This document shows positions 42,513-51,512 of a DNA stretch of 64,000 nt, piece after piece; position 1 is the stretch's first letter, and every line of letters starts with the position of its first letter. A program made the position numbers and the translations under genes. The notes under the pieces were generated by a model that saw only the letters and a list, made by a program, of their open reading frames with translations, did no database searches and was not told the origin of the DNA. Source of the DNA: an uncultured Spirochaetota bacterium (GTDB lineage: Bacteria; Spirochaetota; Brevinematia; Brevinematales; JAOACQ01); assembly GCA_963768055.1 (NCBI GenBank), contig CAVYGN010000001.1, positions 160,001 to 224,000 of the forward strand. The letters are read 5' to 3'.

Positions 42513-44354
42513 TCATATTAAGCCTGATTTCGGCAATTTGATAACAAACACTGCCCCTTTATCAGGTTCGCTTGAAGCCTCTATCGTTCCGTTATGATTT
42601 TGGATGATCTCAAAACAAAAACTCAATCCCAGCCCGGTTCCCTTACCCGCTTCCTTAGTTGTAAAAAAGGGTTCAAACAGGTGTTTCTTTACCTCTTCGG
42701 TCATACCCTTTCCAGTGTCCGAAACCTCTATCAAAATCCGATCTCCTGTGTCTTTTGTGCTAAGCTTTATATTTCCACCCTCGGGCATAGCATCGATAGC
42801 ATTATTGCAAAGATTTACTATGACCTGCTGTATCTGGTTCTTGTTGGCAATTATACGGGGTATTCCAGTCCCGTATTCTTTAATTATACTGATGCTTTTT
42901 ACTTTTGCAAGTCCCTCTACAAAAGATAATGTATCTTCTATGGTATGGTTTATATCAATTTCTTCGGCTTTTGTTTTATCCACCCTGGAAAATGTCAATA
43001 AGTCCCCTACCAGTTTCCGGCACCTCAAAGCCTCGCGTTCGATTGATTTCAACGGCATATAGAGCAGATCACCCGCTTTTATTCCCTTCACTATGCTTTG
43101 CGCAAACCCGAGTATAACTCCCATCGGATTATTGATCTCATGAGCTACTCCTCCCGCCAGCTGACCTACAGCAGCCATTTTCTCCGACTGGATCAACTGA
43201 GTTTGAGTTGTACTTAATTTATCATAAGCTTCCTGCAATTCCAGGGCTCTTTCCTGAAACACCTCTGTCCGGGCTTTTTCTGCGGCAAGCTCCTTTTCTT
43301 TTTTCTGCAGCAATAAAATCTCTCGCATATCCCTGGCTACTCCTACTACGCCTATTAAATCGCCCTCTTTATCTTTCATGGTCGATACTGAAAGGCTGAC
43401 TGGAATATCCTCACCTTTTTTTGTCCTAAAAAAAATCTGATGCCTGTCGAAAGATTTTTCTTTAAGCATTGCCGATTCTTTGCCCTCTAAAAATTGCCAT
43501 GCGCCTTCCGGGAACAGGATTGAAGCCGGACTCCCTGTTAATTCCTCACTTGTATATCCCAGCAGGGTCAAGGCGGCATTATTAACTTCGATGATTTTCC
43601 CCTCCGGACTTATGAGGACAAGAGAATCGCTCATAGTGGCGAGAATATCGGAAGCCGCGTAAGCTGGTGTAATGGTCATGAATCTATATTTAGTTATTCC
43701 ATAAATAATTGCGCTGACCAGGATAAGCGCCAAAATGGAACCTGACGGGGGGATGCTATAAATATTAAGCCTGGGAAGAACAATATCCATAAGCGACGCT
43801 GATAAAAAAAAGATCATACCGGAAGAAATAGTTAATATTATCCTTCTTTTTTCAAATGAATACCTTCTTTTTTTTAAAGTCGTATAACCGATATATAATA
43901 CGGTAATTGGAATCGAACAATAATAAGCATAAAAAAACCATGGCCAAACGGATTTTGACCACATAATCGACCACCCGTAGGATTGCCTTAATAGATCGGA
44001 AACCAGGTATCCCGTCCATTGTTTATATATAAAAAAAACAGGAATTAAAAAGATCAAATAGAAATACCATTTCCATAATATTTTATCATTATTCGATAAG
44101 ACAAGAGATAACCAGAGGGCGAAGACTGCGATACTGCACCAGCCGAATGAGGAAATATTCAGCCAAATGATGGCAATATCATGTGAAACCGATCCCTGGA
44201 TAAATGTAAAAGCAAGATTCCAGATAGCAATACTGGATATAAGTAAAATGCAGACTAATTTGGATAGGACTTTAAAATTCTTTGACACTACAAAAAAAAT
44301 CATCCATAAGTTGACAAGGAAAGCAGTGAAAAGGGACAGAGATAATAGACTCAT
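42513..44354 (-). CDS. 7TM-PAS sensor histidine kinase (paralog of 39424-41256)
   Basis: Same architecture; shared TPAYAASDIL and QLIQSEKMAAVGQLAGGVAHEINNPMGVILGF. Confidence 0.92.
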   Translation of the reverse strand: MSLLSLSLFTAFLVNLWMIFFVVSKNFKVLSKLVCILLISSIAIWNLAFTFIQGSVSHDIAIIWLNISSFGWCSIAVFALWLSLVLSNNDKILWKWYFYLIFLIPVFFIYKQWTGYLVSDLLRQSYGWSIMWSKSVWPWFFYAYYCSIPITVLYIGYTTLKKRRYSFEKRRIILTISSGMIFFLSASLMDIVLPRLNIYSIPPSGSILALILVSAIIYGITKYRFMTITPAYAASDILATMSDSLVLISPEGKIIEVNNAALTLLGYTSEELTGSPASILFPEGAWQFLEGKESAMLKEKSFDRHQIFFRTKKGEDIPVSLSVSTMKDKEGDLIGVVGVARDMREILLLQKKEKELAAEKARTEVFQERALELQEAYDKLSTTQTQLIQSEKMAAVGQLAGGVAHEINNPMGVILGFAQSIVKGIKAGDLLYMPLKSIEREALRCRKLVGDLLTFSRVDKTKAEEIDINHTIEDTLSFVEGLAKVKSISIIKEYGTGIPRIIANKNQIQQVIVNLCNNAIDAMPEGGNIKLSTKDTGDRILIEVSDTGKGMTEEVKKHLFEPFFTTKEAGKGTGLGLSFCFEIIQNHNGTIEASSEPDKGAVFVIKLPKSGLI

Positions 44355-44454
44355 CTAATCACACCCCCGTCTATGGTGGACAAGATGTTAAACAGTTATT
44401 TTAATGCAAATAAATATTCTGTCAAGAATTATTATCGTTAATCCCCAGGTTATA

Positions 44455-45784
44455 TCACTGTTCAGATTGGTTTAACTGGCTGTCTTGGGATGTTCCCGGG
44501 TTATACGGATTGCCGTTCCCGTCGAACATATCAAAAGACTGGTCATTAAGTTTCAAGATTATCTCAAGCGGCCTTCCATTGTTCGGATTTGAAAACATCA
44601 CATCCTGAACCCCTGAAGCCAGGTAAACCGGGTTAAAAGCCGGCGGATTCGACGTATCATACAGGAAAGCATCCTGTGTATCCGCAACAACTTTTACAAT
44701 GCGTGTATTGTCAGGGCTTGTGAAATTACGAATATTGCCGTTATCAGGCACCACCACTGCGACATTGTCCTCTGCCGAGTTGCAGGGTATATAGCTTGAG
44801 TTGTTATAACAATAAAGGTCACCCATATGATAGGGATCCTGCCACCACCAGAAACCGTTATTCCAGAAACACCAGCGATCATAATCAGCATCATACCACC
44901 ACCAGCGATTATTGAAATTGCGCGTCCAGAAGAATTTATTTCCCAGATACCAGCCATACCAGTGATAACCGGAATTATCGATGTAGTGGCAATAGTTAAA
45001 ATTTTTGTCCTTATGCCAATAGTAGTTGTTGACACGGTTTTCAGTCTGGTTGAAATTGTTTATTCTGTCCTGCCACTCGATACTTCCGACCAATGTCATT
45101 TGCGACCGGACCATATTGTCATTGAAATTCCGGGGAGAAAAGGCCGTAGCGTTCAGGGGATGATTATCAAAACCGTCTTTTGGATAGGCAATAAAAGAAT
45201 GTTCCCTGTCTGTATGGATAACTTCTTCTCTGTTTACAATATAACCCGGTTCCGATGCAACGCCGAGTTTCTGCAGTTTTTTTCGTATATAATTTGGTTC
45301 ATACGGGTGATGGTGGACTACATTAGCGGTATTGACACCCGGACGGTTGTCTGATTGAATGGACCTGGGAACAGGCTTGGGCTGGTTATTATTCCGGAAT
45401 TGGCCCTGCGGTAATGGCTTGGGCTGGTTATTATTCCGGAATTGGCCCTGCGGTAATGGCTTGGGCTGGTTATTATTCCGGATTTGGTCCTGAGGTACCG
45501 GCTTGTTATTAGGCTGAAACTGAAGTTTGCCGTAAACCGGGGGCTGTTTTATCCCCTGCCCGGCAGGATTCTGTTTCTGTTGTGATGGAAAATTCTGATT
45601 ATGGCCGCCGCTCGATGGATGGTTCATATTAATTAATACTTGTTGATTTTTTGTGCCCGTCTGTTTGTTCTGGTTATTGTTCTTCGTAACAGCCGTTTTC
45701 TGGGGTTTCGCGCTGGTTAGCCGCAATAATATATGAGGCAAAAACTAAAATTGACGTCAGGATAATCGCTGCCAAGCGTTTCAT
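44455..45784 (-). CDS. Secreted Q/N/P-rich protein with a Trp/Tyr-rich domain; 5' end frameshifted
   Basis: GAGGTG RBS and signal peptide MKRLAAIILTSILVFASYIIAA start at 45784 in a different frame from the long ORF 45741-44455. Confidence 0.65.
45374..45499 (-). repeat. 42-bp coding tandem repeat, three copies
   Basis: Units start at 45374, 45416 and 45458; encode RNNNQPKPLPQGQF. Confidence 0.9.
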
Positions 45785-45866
45785 ATTTCACCTCGTTCTT
45801 ATATTCGGTATTCGGAATAAATACCCGGTAAAAAATTATAATCAACGGCTTATGAAAATGCAAGCA

Positions 45867-45918
45867 TCGGCAGTCGACAGTCAGTTTCGACTGATTGTTG
45901 ACTTTCGACTTCAGACTT
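45867..45918. repeat. Heptamer-period repeat, copy B
   Basis: GGCAGTCGACAGTC...GACTTTCGACTTCAGACT. Confidence 0.55.
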
Positions 45919-45922
45919 TGTT

Positions 45923-46542
45923 ACGTATTGCCTCATTAAGAAATCTTCTTGAAATGTGTTTCGGTTGCCTCATCAAAAATCTACGTGAAATTATTCTTCT
46001 TTTTTTGAATTTCCTCCATCATGCCCCACCAGATCAACCTCAATAAACCCGGGAATAGTGTCGTCCCAATCAGCGAATGTCTTTATGGGTATCATGTGTT
46101 TTAGAAGCGTCCCGGGCTTTGTGTGCGATATGCCTTTCAGCGCAAGTTTTTTTCTTTCCGTTTTCAACTTCCGGTCGATTGTGGCAGGACTGATAGATGA
46201 AAGTTTTTGTTTAACTTCAGCATCAAAATATTTAATTTTAAATCTTTCCAGATTATTGATAGCTTCGTTTAATACAGGCTTCAGCCTTTTCCCACAGATA
46301 AAATCCATTAATTTCCAAATATATTTCAGGGCTTTTACAACTGCATCGTCATAAACAGGTTTTCTCTTATGAGGAGATTTAAATCTTGAATCGGCTTTAA
46401 AAAAGATTTCTTTCATCGTTAGCCTCTCCATTGTCTTCCTTCTGTATTGACACATGCGGAAGATTTTCTTAGACTATTTCGAGTAGATTTTTAATTGAGG
46501 CAACGATTCGTTTTTAAGAAGATTTTTGATGAGGTAATTCGT
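45923..46542 (-). mobile_element. Internally deleted IS with ~55-60 bp terminal inverted repeats
   Basis: Left ATTGCCTCATTAAGAAATCTTCTT..TTGCCTCATCAAAAATCTAC matches the reverse complement of right GTAGATTTTTAATTGAGGCAAC..AAGAAGATTTTTGATGAGGTAAT. Confidence 0.75.
45991..46455 (-). pseudogene. Truncated integrase-core (rve-type) transposase
   Basis: CGKRL.P, ISPATIDR.L, TKPG.LLK..IPI, PGF.EVDLV.H.G; stops right after the first catalytic Asp. Confidence 0.8.
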
Positions 46543-46546
46543 GTTA

Positions 46547-46575
46547 TTGACAAATAGGATGTCTGATTATATGAT
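46547..46575 (+). promoter_or_regulatory. sigma70 promoter upstream of the LuxR pair
   Basis: TTGACA, 17 nt, TATGAT. Confidence 0.6.
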
Positions 46576-46601
46576 TATTCCTTCCGGAGGTTATAAAACG
46601 G

Positions 46602-47489
46602 ATGCTGTATGCCCTGGTGATCGGTTATTTTTTAATCGGAGCCGCCGGTATAGCCCTTATCATTATGCTGCTAGTGTATTCAATCTTGCGGAAAAACCGG
46701 CTGATTTTTTATCTTTTTATATTAGTATTATCCCTCGAATTGATTTTAGAAGCCAATAGCATTAATTTTTTTCTTAAATTATTGTATTTGTATTTCCCTG
46801 ACTGGATAGGCGCTCCCGTCATCGGCTGTGCCGGATATATTATATTTCTCGCCGCCGTTCCCCTTCTTTATTTTGAAATACTGAAAATTAATCCTGTGAA
46901 GGCTCTTAAGATGCTCTTTTATATTCCGAGCCTTTTTTTTATGATGCTTTCAGCCGCTGTTTTCATTATTCCAGATTATCAAAATACCCGGATGATATCG
47001 CTGGAATATACCATCCTGCAATCCGCTTCATGGATCTTTTCCTCAGTTATTTCAATTTTAATGCTTACCCGCAAGAAATCTTCAATAGACGCCTGGTTTC
47101 CGCAGATTGCAGCTTTTCTTGTCCTGTCCCCGATTCTTATTTTTATAAGCCGTTATACACTTTTACCTGTTATTGCAGGTAACGGTACCGTTGCGTATCT
47201 GCTTTTCCTGCTTCAGGTAGCCGCTTTATTATCGTGGATGGCCGTTTTGATAGCGGGAATCAGGGCGAACAGGAAAATTTCGGGTATTTCCGTAAAGATT
47301 CCCGAACATTTCGGCTTGACTGCAAGGGAGTCTGAAGTCGCCGTTCTGGTTATTCATGGATTATCCAATCTTGAGATCGCCGGAAAATTATCGATTTCGC
47401 CGGAGACTGTCAAGAAACACGTTCAGAATATATTTCAAAAAACGAACAGTGAAAGCAAGATCGACCTGGCTAATAAATCTGTCCAATGA
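46602..47489 (+). CDS. Membrane-anchored LuxR-family regulator
   Basis: Multiple TMs plus LTARESEV..L...G.SN.EIA..L.IS..TVK.H..NIF.K. Confidence 0.88.
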   Translation: MLYALVIGYFLIGAAGIALIIMLLVYSILRKNRLIFYLFILVLSLELILEANSINFFLKLLYLYFPDWIGAPVIGCAGYIIFLAAVPLLYFEILKINPVKALKMLFYIPSLFFMMLSAAVFIIPDYQNTRMISLEYTILQSASWIFSSVISILMLTRKKSSIDAWFPQIAAFLVLSPILIFISRYTLLPVIAGNGTVAYLLFLLQVAALLSWMAVLIAGIRANRKISGISVKIPEHFGLTARESEVAVLVIHGLSNLEIAGKLSISPETVKKHVQNIFQKTNSESKIDLANKSVQ

Positions 47490-48403
47490 TGCCCTTTTAC
47501 CAGAACCCGGTTCTTTTTTATTTTTTCTTCTTTTTGATCTCGCTGGGCTTTTTTATTATCTGTCTTTCATTTTATTATTCGGGTATACTTAAATCCAGGC
47601 TTTTACTTTTTTACAGCGTTTTTTTGGTCTGCTGGACATTGGATGTATTTATCGAGTTTATAATATTATACTGGTTTATCAATATTTTCAGCCCCTATTA
47701 TTTTCTGACTATTTATATTATCCTGATGTTCTTAAACAGCATGCTATATTATTTAATACCGGGATTCTTTTTTGAACTCGTCGGCAGGAAACTTTTTACT
47801 CCTGTCAGGTATTTTTTTATTCTTACCGGGATAATCACCTTTTTATTCCCGATATTTATCTATTTTCAAGAACGGTCGTTTTGGGCAAAAACATACCAGA
47901 TAGTCTTGGGGATGAGAATTTCGCTTATAACTGTTTCTATATCCTATGCGCTTTTAATGCTTGTTTCAATTCCCATGGTCATCAGAAACAGGCCCCGCTC
48001 CTTCCGGTCTTTTTTTGTTATTCTTTCCTCAATATACATTATTTTTGTACCCTTTTTCATTATGGATATCATGGACCTGAAGGGAAACTTTCTTGCAAGG
48101 GTTATTCACGGTATGGACAACGTAAATTCAATAATGCTTTTTTTCTTATTTTTGACCATCCTGAATCTTTCTTACGGGATTCTTTTCTTTTTAAAAATAC
48201 CGAATCCCGGTTCATCAACATTCTATCTTTCTAAACGGGAAAAGGAGATAGCCTCTCTTTTGATATCCGGAATTTCATATAAAGAAATTTCAGCCAGATT
48301 TTTCATATCTGAAAAAACAGTCAAATCCCATGCCTATAATATCTACCGGAAAACAGGATCTCACAACCGCGTTGAACTCAGGCGAAAGCTTTTAACCGGA
48401 TGA
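47486..48403 (+). CDS. Membrane-anchored LuxR-family regulator
   Basis: Multiple TMs plus LSKREKEI..L...G.SYKEI....FISEKTVKSH..NIY.K. Confidence 0.88.
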   Translation: MMPFYQNPVLFYFFFFLISLGFFIICLSFYYSGILKSRLLLFYSVFLVCWTLDVFIEFIILYWFINIFSPYYFLTIYIILMFLNSMLYYLIPGFFFELVGRKLFTPVRYFFILTGIITFLFPIFIYFQERSFWAKTYQIVLGMRISLITVSISYALLMLVSIPMVIRNRPRSFRSFFVILSSIYIIFVPFFIMDIMDLKGNFLARVIHGMDNVNSIMLFFLFLTILNLSYGILFFLKIPNPGSSTFYLSKREKEIASLLISGISYKEISARFFISEKTVKSHAYNIYRKTGSHNRVELRRKLLTG

Positions 48404-48525
48404 ACCGATATTTTCAATCTACCCCTAAATCCTTATTTTTATCCTTTCCTACTTTCGGGTAATAGCCTTCGGGCCTGCGGATATGATAATATTTAAATAT
48501 TACTATTTCCGGGGCAGGAGCTGTT

Positions 48526-49446
48526 ATGATTACAAAAGCATCTTTAAAAAATAAGGAGATTATAAGCGGCTTCCTGTTTATGAGCCCTTTTTTTATACTT
48601 ATGGCGGTATTTGTAGTAACAGTATTTATCGACGGATTTATTATCAGCCTGAGCGACGCCAGGGGGATGAGCTTCGGGCATTACATCGGTTTCGATAATT
48701 TTACCAGGGTGCCTCCCGACTTGGGTTTCCTATTATCGATATTCAATACCGTAAAGATCTCCTTTACCTGCCTCCTGACGCAGGTGCCTATGGCCTTCCT
48801 CCTTGCATGCTGGATCAATTCCATACCATTCAAGAAGATCCAGGCACTCATCCAGGCGGCGTTTTTTGTACCTTGCCTTATGACTACAATGATAGTGGGT
48901 ATTCTCTTTCAGATGCTTTTCACAAGGGACCCTTTTACAGGGGGGCCTGATTTTATGAACTGGTTCTTCGGGCTGCTTCACCTTCCCCATAATTTCCAGT
49001 GGATGCTCGACAGGGACAACGAGTTTTTCATGGTAGTCTTCGCTTCCTTCTGGCAGAACATAGGATTCGAAGCCGTTTTATTCCTCGCCTATTTACAGGC
49101 GATCAATCATGACCTTTACGAAGCTGCCAGGATCGACGGGGCCAATTCGATACAGATATTCTTCAATATAAAAATACCCCTGATGCGGCCCGCCCTTACT
49201 TATGTTATTGTCACATCATTAGTTGCCAGCTTTCTGATGAACGAACTGACTTTAAGGCTTTTCCCCGGCGGCCCGTATAAGAGCGGCATAACGATCATAA
49301 ATTATATCTTATACCAGTTGATGTTGAACCAGAAAATGGATCTCGCCCTCGGTGCGGCCGAAGGGATTATCGCCTTCTTTATAATAATGGGGGTGAGCCT
49401 TCTGCAAATTCCTATTTTCGGGTTGGGAAGGGCGCATGAAGAATAA
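48526..49446 (+). CDS. Carbohydrate ABC transporter permease (MalF/UgpA-like)
   Basis: LYEAARIDGA EAA loop, I..PL.RP. Confidence 0.88.
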   Translation: MITKASLKNKEIISGFLFMSPFFILMAVFVVTVFIDGFIISLSDARGMSFGHYIGFDNFTRVPPDLGFLLSIFNTVKISFTCLLTQVPMAFLLACWINSIPFKKIQALIQAAFFVPCLMTTMIVGILFQMLFTRDPFTGGPDFMNWFFGLLHLPHNFQWMLDRDNEFFMVVFASFWQNIGFEAVLFLAYLQAINHDLYEAARIDGANSIQIFFNIKIPLMRPALTYVIVTSLVASFLMNELTLRLFPGGPYKSGITIINYILYQLMLNQKMDLALGAAEGIIAFFIIMGVSLLQIPIFGLGRAHEE

Positions 49447-51493
49447 TAAAGGGCTGTCAGGGGCCGACGGAGTAAGGGCGATAGCATGCCTGATGGTCAT
49501 TTTTCATCATGTCGCCCAGAGGCTGGCTTTATACGACCAGGCGGGATGGGCACAGGAAATCCTTAAATTTTTTTTACTGGGGAACAGCGGGGTAAGCTTC
49601 TTCTTCGTCCTAAGCGGCTACCTGCTGGCTTTCCCGTTCTGGAACTCTTACCTGGAAGGGGGTGAATTTCCGGGATTAAAACAGTATGCCGTGAGGCGTG
49701 CCGCCAGGATCATGCCGGGGTATTACACCGCTTTGATCATATCAACTATCCTGGGTATTATATACCTTCCGGATTCTCGGCTTATATTTTTAAGGTTTTT
49801 TACGGGAATGACCTTTACTTCCGGATTTCATTATTTTACCCTGTTTCCTTCACTGATTGACGGCCCCTTATGGTCTATAAGTTTCGAGGTTTTCTGCTAT
49901 GTCCTGCTTCCCGTCTTCATGGCTGTTCTCTTCTTTTTCACCGGGAAAAAGCGGTCTTTTTCCAAGGCCGTTATATTCTGGATCGGGGCGGAAATATTCA
50001 TCCTTGCCGCCAACGGCCTCGTGCATGTCTTCTTCACCCCCGACAGTTTATACAGGGGCTGGGAATACGGCGTCACCGGAGGGTCGAAATGGTGGATGCC
50101 CAACTACAACCCTGTCGGGTTTTTCGCGCATTTCATGATGGGGGTCCTGGCATCCGGGGTGACGGTCAGGCTGGGAAAGCCTTCGGCATTGAAGGAAAGG
50201 TTATATAAAAAGGGTTTATTCGACATAGCCGCCATGCTTTTCCTGGTGTCGATAGTTTTATTATTATGGACGGTCAGGAACGAGGAAGAGTTTTCCATAG
50301 GCCTCCAGGGCCAGCCTTATTATTTCCCTTACATGACGATCCTTATTGGGGGGCTCCTGGTAACACTGGCGCATTCGAAATTTATTGGGGGCTGGCTTGA
50401 CAATCCCTTCTTCCGCTTCACGGCTAAGATTTCGTTCGGCCTTTACATATGGCATTATATTGTTATCAATTTTGTAAATTTTTACTTTGAGCGTTCATAT
50501 TATGAAAGCGGCATGAGGAACTGGGCGCCGTGGCTTATCACTTCGCTTGTTATGATCGCAGTTTCTTACATTATTGCAACTCTTTCCTATTATTTCCTTG
50601 AAAAGCCCTATATGGACAGGGCCCATCAAAGGCTGACGCGGCCTAAACCGGAATTCCGGATAAGGACAAAAATAAGACCCGGTTCTGTATTGAGCACGGT
50701 TCTTCTTTGCCTTCTTTCCCTTGTATTTATGTACCCTCTGGTCTGGCTCATCGACGCATCGCTTCGCCCTCAGCTCGAGATATGGCGAAACCCTCCGGTT
50801 TTGTTCCAAAAACCGATCTGGGAGTCGGTTTCGAGCTATACAAACCTTTCATACCGGATCAGTTTTTGGGGCTGGGGGAATGCCGGACTCCACCTTTTTA
50901 ATTCCGCTGTTATTACCTCGTCAGTTATTGTTTTAACCTTGATCATAAGTTCGATGTGCGCTTATGCGCTGGTTTTTATCAGGTTCCCGGGAAGAAAAAT
51001 TTTACTAGCCCTTGCGATAAGTTCGATTATGATACCGATGAATACGCTTCTTGTTTCTATCTTCAAGGTTTATATCGACCTTCATCTTTTAAACAGCTGG
51101 ATAGGCCTGATACTTCAATCGTCACTGTCGGGATTGGGCGTTTTCCTTTTACGGCAGTATTTCATCAAAATTCCCGTATCTTTCATTGAAACCGCAAGGA
51201 TGGACGGTGCCGGCCACCTGCAGATATGGTGGCATATCATCCTGCCGATGGCAAGGCCTGCTCTGGCTGCGCTTGCTATAATTCAATTCAGGCTGGCATG
51301 GAACGATTTTTTATTGCCGGCGGTTGTTTTGAGGGACATGAATCGTACAACCCTGCCCATATTGTTATATTTTATGGGCGGTTCAGGTCCGGGGCTCGCT
51401 ACCGGATTTATCGCCATAATGATACCCCTAAGCCTGTTTATAAAGTTCCATCGCCAGTTTATCGAGGGTTTCACAGGCGGTCTGAAAAGCTGA
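49436..51493 (+). CDS. Fusion of an acyltransferase-3 (OafA-like) domain and a carbohydrate ABC permease (MalG-like)
   Basis: DGVRAIA..MV..HH, GV.FFFVLSGYL, WSI.FE..CY, ISFG.Y.WH, LEKP, then ETARMDGA EAA loop and WNDFL in one ORF. Confidence 0.85.
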   Translation: MKNNKGLSGADGVRAIACLMVIFHHVAQRLALYDQAGWAQEILKFFLLGNSGVSFFFVLSGYLLAFPFWNSYLEGGEFPGLKQYAVRRAARIMPGYYTALIISTILGIIYLPDSRLIFLRFFTGMTFTSGFHYFTLFPSLIDGPLWSISFEVFCYVLLPVFMAVLFFFTGKKRSFSKAVIFWIGAEIFILAANGLVHVFFTPDSLYRGWEYGVTGGSKWWMPNYNPVGFFAHFMMGVLASGVTVRLGKPSALKERLYKKGLFDIAAMLFLVSIVLLLWTVRNEEEFSIGLQGQPYYFPYMTILIGGLLVTLAHSKFIGGWLDNPFFRFTAKISFGLYIWHYIVINFVNFYFERSYYESGMRNWAPWLITSLVMIAVSYIIATLSYYFLEKPYMDRAHQRLTRPKPEFRIRTKIRPGSVLSTVLLCLLSLVFMYPLVWLIDASLRPQLEIWRNPPVLFQKPIWESVSSYTNLSYRISFWGWGNAGLHLFNSAVITSSVIVLTLIISSMCAYALVFIRFPGRKILLALAISSIMIPMNTLLVSIFKVYIDLHLLNSWIGLILQSSLSGLGVFLLRQYFIKIPVSFIETARMDGAGHLQIWWHIILPMARPALAALAIIQFRLAWNDFLLPAVVLRDMNRTTLPILLYFMGGSGPGLATGFIAIMIPLSLFIKFHRQFIEGFTGGLKS

Positions 51494-51512
51494 TTTAAAA
51501 AGGGAGTCGCCT

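Noticed and set aside
45374..45499. Possible CRISPR array
   Set aside because: Contiguous 42-bp units with no spacers, in frame in a CDS; no cas genes in the window.
45852..46046. 64-aa plus-strand ORF
   Set aside because: Made of a heptamer repeat and the IS inverted repeat.
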